A DNA stretch of 64,000 nucleotides. It comes from Eledone cirrhosa. Its lineage: Eukaryota. Under the pieces are notes generated by a model. That model worked only from the letters and a program-made list of their open reading frames with translations, was not told the DNA's origin and ran no database searches. Within the stretch, counting starts at the first letter, position 1. The number at the start of each line of letters is the position of its first letter. The stretch lies in contig OZ024740.1 in the NCBI GenBank assembly GCA_964016885.1, positions 231,074,001 to 231,138,000 on the forward strand, given 5' to 3'. Made by a program: the position numbers and the translations under genes. Of this stretch, positions 1-15,654 are shown one piece after another.

Positions 1-3000
1 ATAATGGGGGATGTCTCTAGGACTACTATTACAACCCTACTATAATGGCGGATGTCTCTAGGTCTACTATTACCACCCTACTATAATGGGGGTTATCTCT
101 AGGACTACTATTACAACACTACTATAATAGGGGATGTCTCTAGGACTACTATTACAACACTACTATAATGGGAAATGTCTCTAGGACTACTATTACAACC
201 CTACTATAATAGGGGATGTCTCTAGAACTACTATTACAACCCTACTATAATGGGGGATGTCTCTAGGACTACTATTACAACCCTACTATAATGAGGTATG
301 TCTCTAGGGCTACTATTACAACCCTACTATAATGGGAGATGTCTCTAGGACTACTATTACAACCCTACTATAATGGGAGATGTCTCTAGGACTACTATTA
401 CAACCCTACTATAATGGGGTATGTCTCTAGGACTACTATTACAACCCTACTATAATGGGAGATGTCTCTAGGACTACTATTACAACCCTACTATAATGGA
501 GGATGTCTCTAGGACTACTATTACAACCCTACTATAATGGGGTATGTCTCTAGGGCTACTATTACAACCCTACTATAATGGGAGATGTCTCTAGGACTAC
601 TATTACAACCCTACTATAATGGGAGATGTCTCTAGGACTACTATTACAACCCTACTATAATGGGGTATGTCTCTAGGACTACTATTACAACCCTACTATA
701 ATGGAGGATATCTCTAGGACTACTGTTACAACCCTACTATAATAGGGGATGTCTCTAGGACTACTATTACAACCCTACTATAATGGAGGATATCTCTAGG
801 ACTACTATTACAACCCTACTATAATGTGGAATGTCTCTAGGACTACTATTACAACCCTACTATAATGGGGGATATCTCTAGGACTACTGTTACAACCCTA
901 CTATAATAGGGGATGTCTCTAGGACTACTATTACAACCCTACTATAATGGGAGATGTCTCTAGGACTACTATTACAACCCTACTATTATAGGGGATGTCT
1001 CTAGGACTACTATTACAACCCTACTATAATGGGAGATGTCTCTAGGACTACTATTACAACACTACTATAATAGGGGATGTCTCTAGGACTACTATTACAA
1101 CCCTACTATAATGGGAGATGTCTCTAGGACTACTATTACAACCCTACTATAATAGGGGATGTCTCTAGGACTACTATTACAACACTACTATAATAGGGGA
1201 TGTCTCTAGGGCTACTATTACAACCCTACTATAATGGGGGATGACTCTAGGGCTACTATTAAAACCCTACTATAATAGGGGATGTCTCTAAGGCTACTAT
1301 TACAACCCTACTATAATAGGGAATGTCTTTAGGACTACTATTACAACCCTACTATAATGGGGGATGTCTCTAGGACTACTATTACAACCCTACTATAATG
1401 GCGGATGTCTCTAGGACTACTATTACCACCCTACTATAATGGGGGATATCTCTAGGACTACTATTACAACACTACTATAATAGGGGATGTCTCTAGGACT
1501 ACTATTACAACACTACTATAATGGGAAATGTCTCTAGGACTACTATTACAACCCTACTATAATAGGGGATGTCTCTAGAACTACTATTACAACCCTACTA
1601 TAATGGGGATGTCTCTAGGGCTACTATTACAACCCTACTATAATGGGAGATGTCTCTAGGACTACTATTACAACCCTACTATAATGGGAGATGTCTCTAG
1701 GACTACTATTACAACCCTACTATAATGGGGTATGTCTCTAGGACTACTATTACAACCCTACTATAATGGGAGATGTCTATAGGACTACTATTACAACCCT
1801 ACTATAATGGGGTATGTCTCTAGGACTACTATTACAACCCTACTATAATGGAGGATATCTCTAGGACTACTGTTACAACCCTACTATAATAGGGGATGTC
1901 TCTAGGACTACTATTACAACCCTACTATAATGGGAGATGTCTCTAGGACTACTATTACAACACTACTATAATAGGGGATGTCTCTAGGACTAATATTACA
2001 ACCCTACTATAATGGGAGATGTCTCTAGGACTACTATTACAACCCTACTATAATGGAGGATGTCTCTAGGACTACTATTACAACCCTACTATAATAGGGG
2101 ATGTCTCTAGGACTACTGTTACAACCCTACTATAATGGGAGATGTCTCTAGGACTACTATTACAACCCTACTATAATAGGAGATGTCTCTAGGACTACTT
2201 TTACAACCCTACTATAATGGAGGATGTCTCTAGGACTACTATTACAACCCTACTATAATAGGGGATGTCTCTAAGACTACTATTACAACCCTACTATAAT
2301 GTGGTATGTCTCTAGGACTACTATTACAACCCTACTATAATGGGGTATGTCTCTAGGACTACTATTACAACACTACTATAATGGGGGATGTCTCTAGGAC
2401 TACTATTACAACACTACTATAATGGGGGATGTCTCTAGGATTACTATTACAACCCTACTATAATAGGGGATGTCTCTAGGTCTACTATTACTACACTACT
2501 ATAATGGGAGATGTCTCTAGGATTACTATTACAACCCTACTATAATAGGGGATGTCTCTAGAACTACTATTACAACCCTACTATAATGGGAGATGTCTCT
2601 AGGACTACTATTACAACCCTACTATAATGGAGGATGTCTCTAGGACTACTATTACAACCCTACTATAATGGGGTATGTCTCTAGGGCTACTATTACAACA
2701 CTACTATAATGGGAGATGTCTCTAAGACTACTATTACAACCCTACTATAATGGGAGATGTCTCTAGGACTACTATTACAACCCTACTATAATGGGAGATG
2801 TCTCTAGGGCTACTATTACAACCCTACTATAATGGAGGATGTCTCTAGGACTACTATTACAACCCTACTATAATAGGGGATGTCTCTAGGACTACTATTA
2901 CAACCCTACTATAATGGGGTATGTCTCTAGAACTACTATTACAACCCTACTATAATGGGGTATATCTCTAGGACTACTATTACAACACTACTATAATAGG

Positions 3001-3115
3001 GGATGTCTCTAGGACTACTATTACAACCCTACTATAATGGGAGATGTCTCTAGGACTACTATTACAACCCTACTATAATGGAGGATGTCTCTAGGACTAC
3101 TATTACAACCCTACT

Positions 3116-3142
3116 ATAATGGGGTACTATTACAGCCCTACT
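3116..3142. repeat. Truncated 27-bp monomer ATAATGGGGTACTATTACAGCCCTACT (14-nt internal deletion)
   Basis: GGGGT is joined directly to ACTATTACAGCCC; the ATGTCTCTAGG(A/G)CT segment is missing. Confidence 0.95.
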
Positions 3143-4413
3143 ATAATGGGGGATATCTCTAGGACTACTGTTACAACCCTACTATAATAGGGGATGTCTC
3201 CAGGACTACTATTACAACCCTACTATAATGGGAGATGTCTCTAGGACTACTATTACAACACTACTATAATAGGGGATGTCTCTAGGACTACTATTACAAC
3301 CCTACTATAATGGGAGATGTCTCTAGGACTACTATTACAACCCTACTATAATAGGGGATGTCTCTAGGACTACTATTACAACCCTACTATAATGGGGGAT
3401 GTCTCTAGGACTACTATTACAACCCTAATATAATGGCGGATGTCTCTAGGACTAATATTACAACCCTATTATAATGGGGGATATCTCTAGGACTACTATT
3501 ACAACACTACTATAATAGGGGATGTCTCTAGGACTACTATTACAACACTACTATAATGGGAGATGTCTCTAGGACTACTATTACAACCCTACTATAATGG
3601 GAGATGTTTCTAGGACTACTATTACAACCCTACTATAATGGGAGATGTCTCTAAGACTACTATTACAACCCTACTATAATGGGAGATGTCTATAGGACTA
3701 CTATTACAACCCTACTATAATGGGGTATGTCTCTAGGACTACTATTACAACCCTACTATAATGGAGGATATCACTAGGACTACTGTTACAACCCTACTAT
3801 AATAGGGGATGTCTCTAGGACTACTATTACAACCCTACTATAATGGGAGATGTCTCTAGGACTACTATTACAACACTACTATAATAGGGGATGTCTCTAG
3901 GACTAATATTACAACCCTACTATAATGGGAGATGTCTCTAGGACTACTATTACAACCCTACTATAATGGAGGATGTCTCTAGGACTACTATTACAACCCT
4001 ACTATAATGGGAGATGTCTCTAGGACTACTATTACAACCCTACTATAATAGGAGATGTCTCTAGGACTACTTTTACAACCCTACTATAATGGAGGATGTC
4101 TCTAGGACTACTATTACAACCCTACTATAATAGGGGATGTCTCTAAGACTACTATTACAACCCTACTATAATGTGGTATGTCTCTAGGACTACTATTACA
4201 ACCCTACTATAATGGGGTATGTCTCTAGGACTACTATTACAACACTACTATAATGGAGGATGTCTCTAGGACTACTATTACAACCCTACTATAATGGGAG
4301 ATGTCTATAGGACTACTATTACAACCCTACTATAATAGGGGATGTCTCTAGGACTACTATTACAACCCTACTATAATGGAGGATGTCTCTAGGACTACTA
4401 TTACAACCCTACT

Positions 4414-4440
4414 ATAATGGGGTACTATTACAGCCCTACT
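4414..4440. repeat. Second identical 27-bp truncated monomer
   Basis: Same sequence as 3116-3142, 1298 bp (31x41+27) downstream, followed by the same run of variant units including CCCTAATATAATGGCGG. Confidence 0.95.
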
Positions 4441-5772
4441 ATAATGGGGGATATCTCTAGGACTACTGTTACAACCCTACTATAATAGGGGATGTCTCTA
4501 GGACTACTATTACAACCCTACTATAATGGGAGATGTCTCTAGGACTACTATTACAACACTACTATAATAGGGGATGTCTCTAGGACTACTATTACAACCC
4601 TACTATAATGGGAGATGTCTCTAGGACTACTATTACAACCCTACTATAATAGGGGATGTCTCTAGGACTACTATTACAACCCTACTATAATGGGGGATGT
4701 CTCTAGGACTACTATTACAACCCTAATATAATGGCGGATGTCTCTAGGACTACTATTACAACCCTACTATAATGGGGGATATCTCTAGGACTACTATTAC
4801 AACACTACTATAATAGGGGATGTCTCTAGGACTACTATTACAACACTACTATAATGGGAGATGTCTCTAGGACTACTATTACAACCCTACTATAATGGGA
4901 GATGTCTCTAGGACTACTATTACAACCCTACTATAATAGGGGATGTCTCTAGGACTACTATTACAACACTACTATAATGGGAGATGTCTCTAGGACTACT
5001 ATTACAACCCTACTATAATAGGGGATGTCTCTAGAACTACTATTACAACCCTACTATAATGGGAGATGTCTCTAGGACTACTATTACAACCCTACTATAA
5101 TGGAGGATGTCTCTAAAACTACTATTACAACCCTACTATAATGGGGTATGTCTCTAGGGCTACTATTACAACCCTACTATAATGGGAGATGTCTCTAGGA
5201 CTACTATTACAACCCTACTATAATGGGGGATATCTCTAGGACTACTATTACAACCCTACTATATTGGAGGATGTCTCTAGGGCTACTATTACAACCCTAC
5301 TATAATGGGAGATGTCTCTAAGACTACTATTACAACCCTACTATAATGGGAGATGTCTATAGGACTACTATTACAACCCTACTATAATGGGGTATGTCTC
5401 TAGGACTACTATTACAACCCTACTATAATGGAGGATATCTCTAGGACTACTGTTACAACCCTACTATAATAGGGGATGTCTCTAGGACTACTATTACAAC
5501 CCTACTATAATGGGAGATGTCTCTAGGACTACTATTACAACACTACTATAATAGGGGATGTCTCTAGGACTAATATTACAACCCTACTATAATGGGAGAT
5601 GACTCTAGGACTACTATTACAACCCTACTATAATAGGGGATGTCTCTAGGACTACTATTACAACCCTACTATAATGGGGGATGTCTCTAGGACTACTATT
5701 ACAACCCTACTATAATGGAGGATGTCTCTAGGACTACTATTACAACCCTACTATAATAGGGGATGTCTCTAA

Positions 5773-8700
5773 GACTACTATTACAACCCTACTATAATGG
5801 GGTATGTCTCTAGGACTACTATTACAACACTACTATAATGGGGGATGTCTCTAGGACTACTATTACAACACTACTATAATGGGGGATGTCTCTAGGATTA
5901 CTATTACAACCCTACTATAATAGGGGATGACTCTAGGACTACTATTACTACACTACTATAATGGGAGATGTCTCTAGGACTACTATTACAACCCTACTAT
6001 AATAGGGGATGTCTCTAGAACTACTATTACAACCCTACTATAATGGGAGATGTATCTAGGACTACTATTACAACCCTACTATAATGGAGGATGTCTCTAG
6101 GACTACTATTACAACCCTACTATAATGGGGTATGTCTCTAGGGCTACTATTACAACACTACTATAATGGGAGATGTCTCTAAGACTACTATTACAACCCT
6201 ACTATAATGGGAGATGTCTCTAGGACTACTATTACAACCCTACTATAATGGGAGATGTCTCTAGGGCTACTATTACAACCCTACTATAATGGAGGATGTC
6301 TCTAGGACTACTATTACAACCCTACTATAATAGGGGATGTCTCTAGGACTACTATTACAACCCTACTATAATGGGGGATGTCTCTAGAACTACTATTACA
6401 ACCCTACTATAATGGGGTATATCTCTAGGACTACTATTACAACACTACTATAATAGGGGATGTCTCTAGGACTACTATTACAACCCTACTATAATGGGGT
6501 ATGTCTCTAGGGCTACTATTATAATCCTACTATAATGAGGTATGTCTCTAGGGCTACTATTACAGCCCTACTATAATGGGGGATATCTCTTGGACTACTG
6601 TTACAACCCTACTATAATAGGGGATGTCTCTAGGACTACTATTACAACCCTACTATAATGGGAGATGTCTCTAGGACTACTATTACAACACTACTATAAT
6701 AGGAGATGTCTCTAGGACTACTATTACAACCCTACTATAATGGGAGATGTCTCTAGGACTACTATTACGACCCTACTATAATAGGGGATGTCTCTAGGAC
6801 TACTATTACAACCCTACTATAATGGGAGATGTCTCTAGGACTACTATTACAACCCTACTATAATAGGAGATGTCTCTAGGACTACTATTACAACCCTACT
6901 ATAATGGAGGATGTCTCTAGGACTACTATTACAACCCTACTATAATGGGAGATGTCTCTAGGGCTACTATTACAACCCTACTCTAATGGGGGATGTCTCT
7001 AGGACTACTATTACAACCCTACTATAATGGGAGATGTCTCTAGGACTATTATTACAACCCTACTATAATAGGGGATGTCTCTAGGACTACTATTACAACC
7101 CTACTATAATGGGAGATGTCTCTAGGACTACTATTACAACCCTACTATAACGGAGGATGTCTCTAGGACTACTATTACAACCCTACTATAATAGGGGATG
7201 TCTCTAGGACTACTATTACAACCCTACTATAATGGGAGATGTCTCTAGGACTACTATTACAACCCTACTATAATAGGGGATGTCTCTAGGACTACTATTA
7301 CAACCCTACTATAATAGAGGATGTCTCTAGGACTACTGTTACAACCCTACTATAATGGAGGATATCTCTAGGACTACTGTTACAACCCTACTATAATAGG
7401 GGATGTCTCTAGGACTACTATTACAACCCTACTATAATAGGGGATGTCTCTAGGACTACTATTACAACCCTACTATAATGGGAGATGTCTCTAGGACTAC
7501 TATTACAACGCTACTATAATAGGGGATGTCTCTAAGACTACTATTACAACCATACTATAATAGGGGATATCTCTAGGACTACTGTTACAACCCTACTATA
7601 ATAGGGCATGTCTCTAGGACTACTATTACAACCCTACTATAATAGGGGATGTCTCTAGGACTACTATTACAACCCTACTATAATGGGAGATGTCTCTAGG
7701 ACTACTGTTACAACCCTACTATAATAGGGGATGTCTCTAGGGCTACTATTACAACCCTACTATAATGGGGGATGTCTCTAGGACTACAATTACAACCCTA
7801 CTATAATAGGGGATGTCTCTAAGACTACTATTACAACCATACTATAATAGGGGATATCTCTAGGACTACTATTACAACCCTACTATAATGGCGGATGTCT
7901 CTAGGACTACTATTACAACCCTACTATAATGGGGTATGTCTCTAGGGCTACTATTACAACCCTACTATAATGGGAGATGTCTCTAGGACTACTATTACAA
8001 CACTACTATAATAGGGGATGTCTCTAGGACTACTATTACAACCCTACTATAATAGGGGATGTCTCTAGGACTACTGTTACAACCCTACTATAATGGAGGA
8101 TATCTCTAGGACTACTGTTACAACCCTACTATAATGGAGGATATCACTAGGACTACTATTACAACCCTACTATAATGGGAAATGTCTCTAGGATTACTAT
8201 TACAACCCTACTATAATGGAGGATGTCTCTAGGACTACTATTACAACCCTACTATAATGGGAGATGTCTATAGGACTACTATTACAAACCTACTATAATA
8301 GGGGATGTCTCTAGGACTACTATTACAACCCTACTATAATAGGGGATGTCTCTAGGACTACTATTACAACCCTACTATAATGGGAGATGTCTCTAGGACT
8401 ACTATTACAACCCTACTATAATGGGGTATGTCTCTAGGACTACTATTACAACACTACTATAATGGGGGATGTCTCTAGGACTACTATTACAACACTACTA
8501 TAATGGGGGATGTCTCTAGGATTACTATTACAACCCTACTATAATAGGGGATGTCTCTAGGACTACTATTACTACACTACTATAATGGGAGATGTCTCTA
8601 GGACTACTATTACAACCCTACTATAATAGGGGATGTCTCTAGGACTATTATTACTACCCTACTATAATGGGGGATATCTCTAGGACTACTATTACAACCC

Positions 8701-11700
8701 TACTATAATGGGAGATGTCTCTAGGACTACCATTACAACCCTACTATAATAGGGGATGTCTCTAGGACTATTATTACAACCCTACTATAATGGGGTATAT
8801 CTCTAGGGCTACTATTACAACCCTACTATAATGGGGTACGTCTCTAGGGCTACTATTACAGCCCTACTATAATGGGGTACGTCTCTAGGACTACTATTAC
8901 AACCCTACTATAATGGGGTATGTCTCTAGGACTACTATTACAACCCTACTATAATGGGGGATGTCTCTAGGACTATTATTACAACCCTACTATAATGGGG
9001 GATGTCTCTAGGACTACTATTACAACACTACTATAATGGGAGATGTCTCTAGGGCTACTATTACAACCCTACTATAATGGAGGATGTCTCTAGGACTACT
9101 ATTACAACCCTACTATAATAGGGGATGTCTCTAGGACTACTATTACAACCCTACTATAATGGGGGATGTCTCTAGAACTACTATTACAACCCTACTATAA
9201 TGGGGTATATCTCTAGGACTACTATTACAACACTACTATAATAGGGGATGTCTCTAGGACTACTATTACAACCCTACTATAATGGGGTATGTCTCTAGGG
9301 CTACTATTATAATCCTACTATAATGAGGTATGTCTCTAGGGCTACTATTACAGCCCTACTATAATGGGGGATATCTCTTGGACTACTGTTACAACCCTAC
9401 TATAATAGGGGATGTCTCTAGGACTACTATTACAACCCTACTATAATGGGAGATGTCTCTAGGACTACTATTACAACACTACTATAATAGGAGATGTCTC
9501 TAGGACTACTATTACAACCCTACTATAATGGGAGATGTCTCTAGGACTACTATTACGACCCTACTATAATAGGGGATGTCTCTAGGACTACTATTACAAC
9601 CCTACTATAATGGGAGATGTCTCTAGGACTACTATTACAACCCTACTATAATTGGAGATGTCTCTAGGACTACTATTACAACCCTACTATAATGGAGGAT
9701 GTCTCTAGGACTACTATTACAACCCTACTATAATGGGAGATGTCTCTAGGGCTACTATTACAACCCTACTCTAATGGGGGATGTCTCTAGGACTACTATT
9801 ACAACCCTACTATAATGGGAGATGTCTCTAGGACTATTATTACAACCCTACTATAATAGGGGATGTCTCTAGGACTACTATTACAACCCTACTATAATGG
9901 GAGATGTCTCTAGGACTACTATTACAACCCTACTATAACGGAGGATGTCTCTAGGACTACTATTACAACCCTACTATAATAGGGGATGTCTCTAGGACTA
10001 CTATTACAACCCTACTATAATGGGAGATGTCTCTAGGACTACTATTACAACCCTACTATAATAGGGGATGTCTCTAGGACTACTATTACAACCCTACTAT
10101 AATAGAGGATGTCTCTAGGACTACTGTTACAACCCTACTATAATGGAGGATATCTCTAGGACTACTGTTACAACCCTACTATAATAGGGGATGTCTCTAG
10201 GACTACTATTACAACCCTACTATAATAGGGGATGTCTCTAGGACTACTATTACAACCCTACTATAATGGGAGATGTCTCTAGGACTACTATTACAACGCT
10301 ACTATAATAGGGGATGTCTCTAAGACTACTATTACAACCATACTATAATAGGGGATATCTCTAGGACTACTGTTACAACCCTACTATAATAGGGCATGTC
10401 TCTAGGACTACTATTACAACCCTACTATAATAGGGGATGTCTCTAGGACTACTATTACAACCCTACTATAATGGGAGATGTCTCTAGGACTACTGTTACA
10501 ACCCTACTATAATAGGGGATGTCTCTAGGGCTACTATTACAACCCTACTATAATGGGGGATGTCTCTAGGACTACAATTACAACCCTACTATAATAGGGG
10601 ATGTCTCTAAGACTACTATTACAACCATACTATAATAGGGGATATCTCTAGGACTACTATTACAACCCTACTATAATGGCGGATGTCTCTAGGACTACTA
10701 TTACAACCCTACTATAATGGGGTATGTCTCTAGGACTACTATTACAACACTACTATAATGGGGGATGTCTCTAGGACTACTATTACAACACTACTATAAT
10801 GGGGGATGTCTCTAGGATTACTATTACAACCCTACTATAATAGGGGATGACTCTAGGACTACTATTACTACACTACTATAATGGGAGATGTCTCTAGGAC
10901 TACTATTACAACCCTACTATAATAGGGGATGTCTCTAGAACTACTATTACAACCCTACTATAATGGGAGATGTATCTAGGACTACTATTACAACCCTACT
11001 ATAATGGAGGATGTCTCTAGGACTACTATTACAACCCTACTATAATGGGGTATGTCTCTAGGGCTACTATTACAACACTACTATAATGGGAGATGTCTCT
11101 AAGACTACTATTACAACCCTACTATAATGGGAGATGTCTCTAGGACTACTATTACAACCCTACTATAATGGGAGATGTCTCTAGGGCTACTATTACAACC
11201 CTACTATAATGGAGGATGTCTCTAGGACTACTATTACAACCCTACTATAATAGGGGATGTCTCTAGGACTACTATTACAACCCTACTATAATGGGGGATG
11301 TCTCTAGAACTACTATTACAACCCTACTATAATGGGGTATATCTCTAGGACTACTATTACAACACTACTATAATAGGGGATGTCTCTAGGACTACTATTA
11401 CAACCCTACTATAATGGGGTATGTCTCTAGGGCTACTATTATAATCCTACTATAATGAGGTATGTCTCTAGGGCTACTATTACAGCCCTACTATAATGGG
11501 GGATATCTCTTGGACTACTGTTACAACCCTACTATAATAGGGGATGTCTCTAGGACTACTATTACAACCCTACTATAATGGGAGATGTCTCTAGGACTAC
11601 TATTACAACACTACTATAATAGGAGATGTCTCTAGGACTACTATTACAACCCTACTATAATGGGAGATGTCTCTAGGACTACTATTACGACCCTACTATA

Positions 11701-14700
11701 ATAGGGGATGTCTCTAGGACTACTATTACAACCCTACTATAATGGGAGATGTCTCTAGGACTACTATTACAACCCTACTATAATAGGAGATGTCTCTAGG
11801 ACTACTATTACAACCCTACTATAATGGAGGATGTCTCTAGGACTACTATTACAACCCTACTATAATGGGAGATGTCTCTAGGGCTACTATTACAACCCTA
11901 CTCTAATGGGGGATGTCTCTAGGACTACTATTACAACCCTACTATAATGGGAGATGTCTCTAGGACTATTATTACAACCCTACTATAATAGGGGATGTCT
12001 CTAGGACTACTATTACAACCCTACTATAATGGGAGATGTCTCTAGGACTACTATTACAACCCTACTATAACGGAGGATGTCTCTAGGACTACTATTACAA
12101 CCCTACTATAATAGGGGATGTCTCTAGGACTACTATTACAACCCTACTATAATGGGAGATGTCTCTAGGACTACTATTACAACCCTACTATAATAGGGGA
12201 TGTCTCTAGGACTACTATTACAACCCTACTATAATAGAGGATGTCTCTAGGACTACTGTTACAACCCTACTATAATGGAGGATATCTCTAGGACTACTGT
12301 TACAACCCTACTATAATAGGGGATGTCTCTAGGACTACTATTACAACCCTACTATAATAGGGGATGTCTCTAGGACTACTATTACAACCCTACTATAATG
12401 GGAGATGTCTCTAGGACTACTATTACAACGCTACTATAATAGGGGATGTCTCTAAGACTACTATTACAACCATACTATAATAGGGGATATCTCTAGGACT
12501 ACTGTTACAACCCTACTATAATAGGGCATGTCTCTAGGACTACTATTACAACCCTACTATAATAGGGGATGTCTCTAGGACTACTATTACAACCCTACTA
12601 TAATGGGAGATGTCTCTAGGACTACTGTTACAACCCTACTATAATAGGGGATGTCTCTAGGGCTACTATTACAACCCTACTATAATGGGGGATGTCTCTA
12701 GGACTACAATTACAACCCTACTATAATAGGGGATGTCTCTAAGACTACTATTACAACCATACTATAATAGGGGATATCTCTAGGACTACTATTACAACCC
12801 TACTATAATGGCGGATGTCTCTAGGACTACTATTACAACCCTACTATAATGGGGTATGTCTCTAGGGCTACTATTACAACCCTACTATAATGGGAGATGT
12901 CTCTAGGACTACTATTACAACACTACTATAATAGGGGATGTCTCTAGGACTACTATTACAACCCTACTATAATAGGGGATGTCTCTAGGACTACTGTTAC
13001 AACCCTACTATAATGGAGGATATCTCTAGGACTACTGTTACAACCCTACTATAATGGAGGATATCACTAGGACTACTATTACAACCCTACTATAATGGGA
13101 AATGTCTCTAGGATTACTATTACAACCCTACTATAATGGAGGATGTCTCTAGGACTACTATTACAACCCTACTATAATGGGAGATGTCTATAGGACTACT
13201 ATTACAAACCTACTATAATAGGGGATGTCTCTAGGACTACTATTACAACCCTACTATAATAGGGGATGTCTCTAGGACTACTATTACAACCCTACTATAA
13301 TGGGAGATGTCTCTAGGACTACTATTACAACCCTACTATAATGGGGTATGTCTCTAGGACTACTATTACAACACTACTATAATGGGGGATGTCTCTAGGA
13401 CTACTATTACAACACTACTATAATGGGGGATGTCTCTAGGATTACTATTACAACCCTACTATAATAGGGGATGTCTCTAGGACTACTATTACTACACTAC
13501 TATAATGGGAGATGTCTCTAGGACTACTATTACAACCCTACTATAATAGGGGATGTCTCTAGGACTATTATTACTACCCTACTATAATGGGGGATATCTC
13601 TAGGACTACTATTACAACCCTACTATAATGGGAGATGTCTCTAGGACTACCATTACAACCCTACTATAATAGGGGATGTCTCTAGGACTATTATTACAAC
13701 CCTACTATAATGGGGTATATCTCTAGGGCTACTATTACAACCCTACTATAATGGGGTACGTCTCTAGGGCTACTATTACAGCCCTACTATAATGGGGTAC
13801 GTCTCTAGGACTACTATTACAACCCTACTATAATGGGGTATGTCTCTAGGACTACTATTACAACCCTACTATAATGGGGGATGTCTCTAGGACTATTATT
13901 ACAACCCTACTATAATGGGGGATGTCTCTAGGACTACTATTACAACACTACTATAATGGGAGATGTCTCTAGGGCTACTATTACAACCCTACTATAATGG
14001 AGGATGTCTCTAGGACTACTATTACAACCCTACTATAATAGGGGATGTCTCTAGGACTACTATTACAACCCTACTATAATGGGGGATGTCTCTAGAACTA
14101 CTATTACAACCCTACTATAATGGGGTATATCTCTAGGACTACTATTACAACACTACTATAATAGGGGATGTCTCTAGGACTACTATTACAACCCTACTAT
14201 AATGGGGTATGTCTCTAGGGCTACTATTATAATCCTACTATAATGAGGTATGTCTCTAGGGCTACTATTACAGCCCTACTATAATGGGGGATATCTCTTG
14301 GACTACTGTTACAACCCTACTATAATAGGGGATGTCTCTAGGACTACTATTACAACCCTACTATAATGGGAGATGTCTCTAGGACTACTATTACAACACT
14401 ACTATAATAGGAGATGTCTCTAGGACTACTATTACAACCCTACTATAATGGGAGATGTCTCTAGGACTACTATTACGACCCTACTATAATAGGGGATGTC
14501 TCTAGGACTACTATTACAACCCTACTATAATGGGAGATGTCTCTAGGACTACTATTACAACCCTACTATAATTGGAGATGTCTCTAGGACTACTATTACA
14601 ACCCTACTATAATGGAGGATGTCTCTAGGACTACTATTACAACCCTACTATAATGGGAGATGTCTCTAGGGCTACTATTACAACCCTACTCTAATGGGGG

Positions 14701-15654
14701 ATGTCTCTAGGACTACTATTACAACCCTACTATAATGGGAGATGTCTCTAGGACTATTATTACAACCCTACTATAATAGGGGATGTCTCTAGGACTACTA
14801 TTACAACCCTACTATAATGGGAGATGTCTCTAGGACTACTATTACAACCCTACTATAACGGAGGATGTCTCTAGGACTACTATTACAACCCTACTATAAT
14901 AGGGGATGTCTCTAGGACTACTATTACAACCCTACTATAATGGGAGATGTCTCTAGGACTACTATTACAACCCTACTATAATAGGGGATGTCTCTAGGAC
15001 TACTATTACAACCCTACTATAATAGAGGATGTCTCTAGGACTACTGTTACAACCCTACTATAATGGAGGATATCTCTAGGACTACTGTTACAACCCTACT
15101 ATAATAGGGGATGTCTCTAGGACTACTATTACAACCCTACTATAATAGGGGATGTCTCTAGGACTACTATTACAACCCTACTATAATGGGAGATGTCTCT
15201 AGGACTACTATTACAACGCTACTATAATAGGGGATGTCTCTAAGACTACTATTACAACCATACTATAATAGGGGATATCTCTAGGACTACTGTTACAACC
15301 CTACTATAATAGGGCATGTCTCTAGGACTACTATTACAACCCTACTATAATAGGGGATGTCTCTAGGACTACTATTACAACCCTACTATAATGGGAGATG
15401 TCTCTAGGACTACTGTTACAACCCTACTATAATAGGGGATGTCTCTAGGGCTACTATTACAACCCTACTATAATGGGGGATGTCTCTAGGACTACAATTA
15501 CAACCCTACTATAATAGGGGATGTCTCTAAGACTACTATTACAACCATACTATAATAGGGGATATCTCTAGGACTACTATTACAACCCTACTATAATGGC
15601 GGATGTCTCTAGGACTACTATTACAACCCTACTATAATGGGGTATGTCTCTAGG
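5773..15654. repeat. Tandem duplication with a 4920-bp (120-monomer) period, apparently exact
   Basis: Rare markers repeat at +4920: ATAATCCTAC 6521/11441 and 9309/14229; ATTACAAACC 8281/13201; ATTGGAG 9651/14571. Identity breaks at 5772 vs 10692 and at 10735 vs 15655. Spot-checked, not fully aligned. Confidence 0.9.

Larger units (their letters stand above)
1..4440. repeat. Left, more heterogeneous sub-domain of the array (one 40-bp and two 27-bp monomers; 32/33-monomer duplications)
   Basis: 1-nt deletion in the G-run at ~1605 and 14-nt deletions in the units at 3116 and 4414. The rare GGCGG...TTACCACCC unit recurs 1353 bp (33 units) apart (TACCAC at 71 and 1424). The boundary is placed at the last indel and is approximate. 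Confidence 0.7.

Noticed and set aside
41-46. TATAAT as a bacterial -10 box, and GGAGG-ATG as a ribosome-binding site and start codon
   Set aside because: The -35 position reads about TAGGAC, GGAGG abuts ATG with no spacer, and there is no downstream gene. These are incidental motifs in a satellite.
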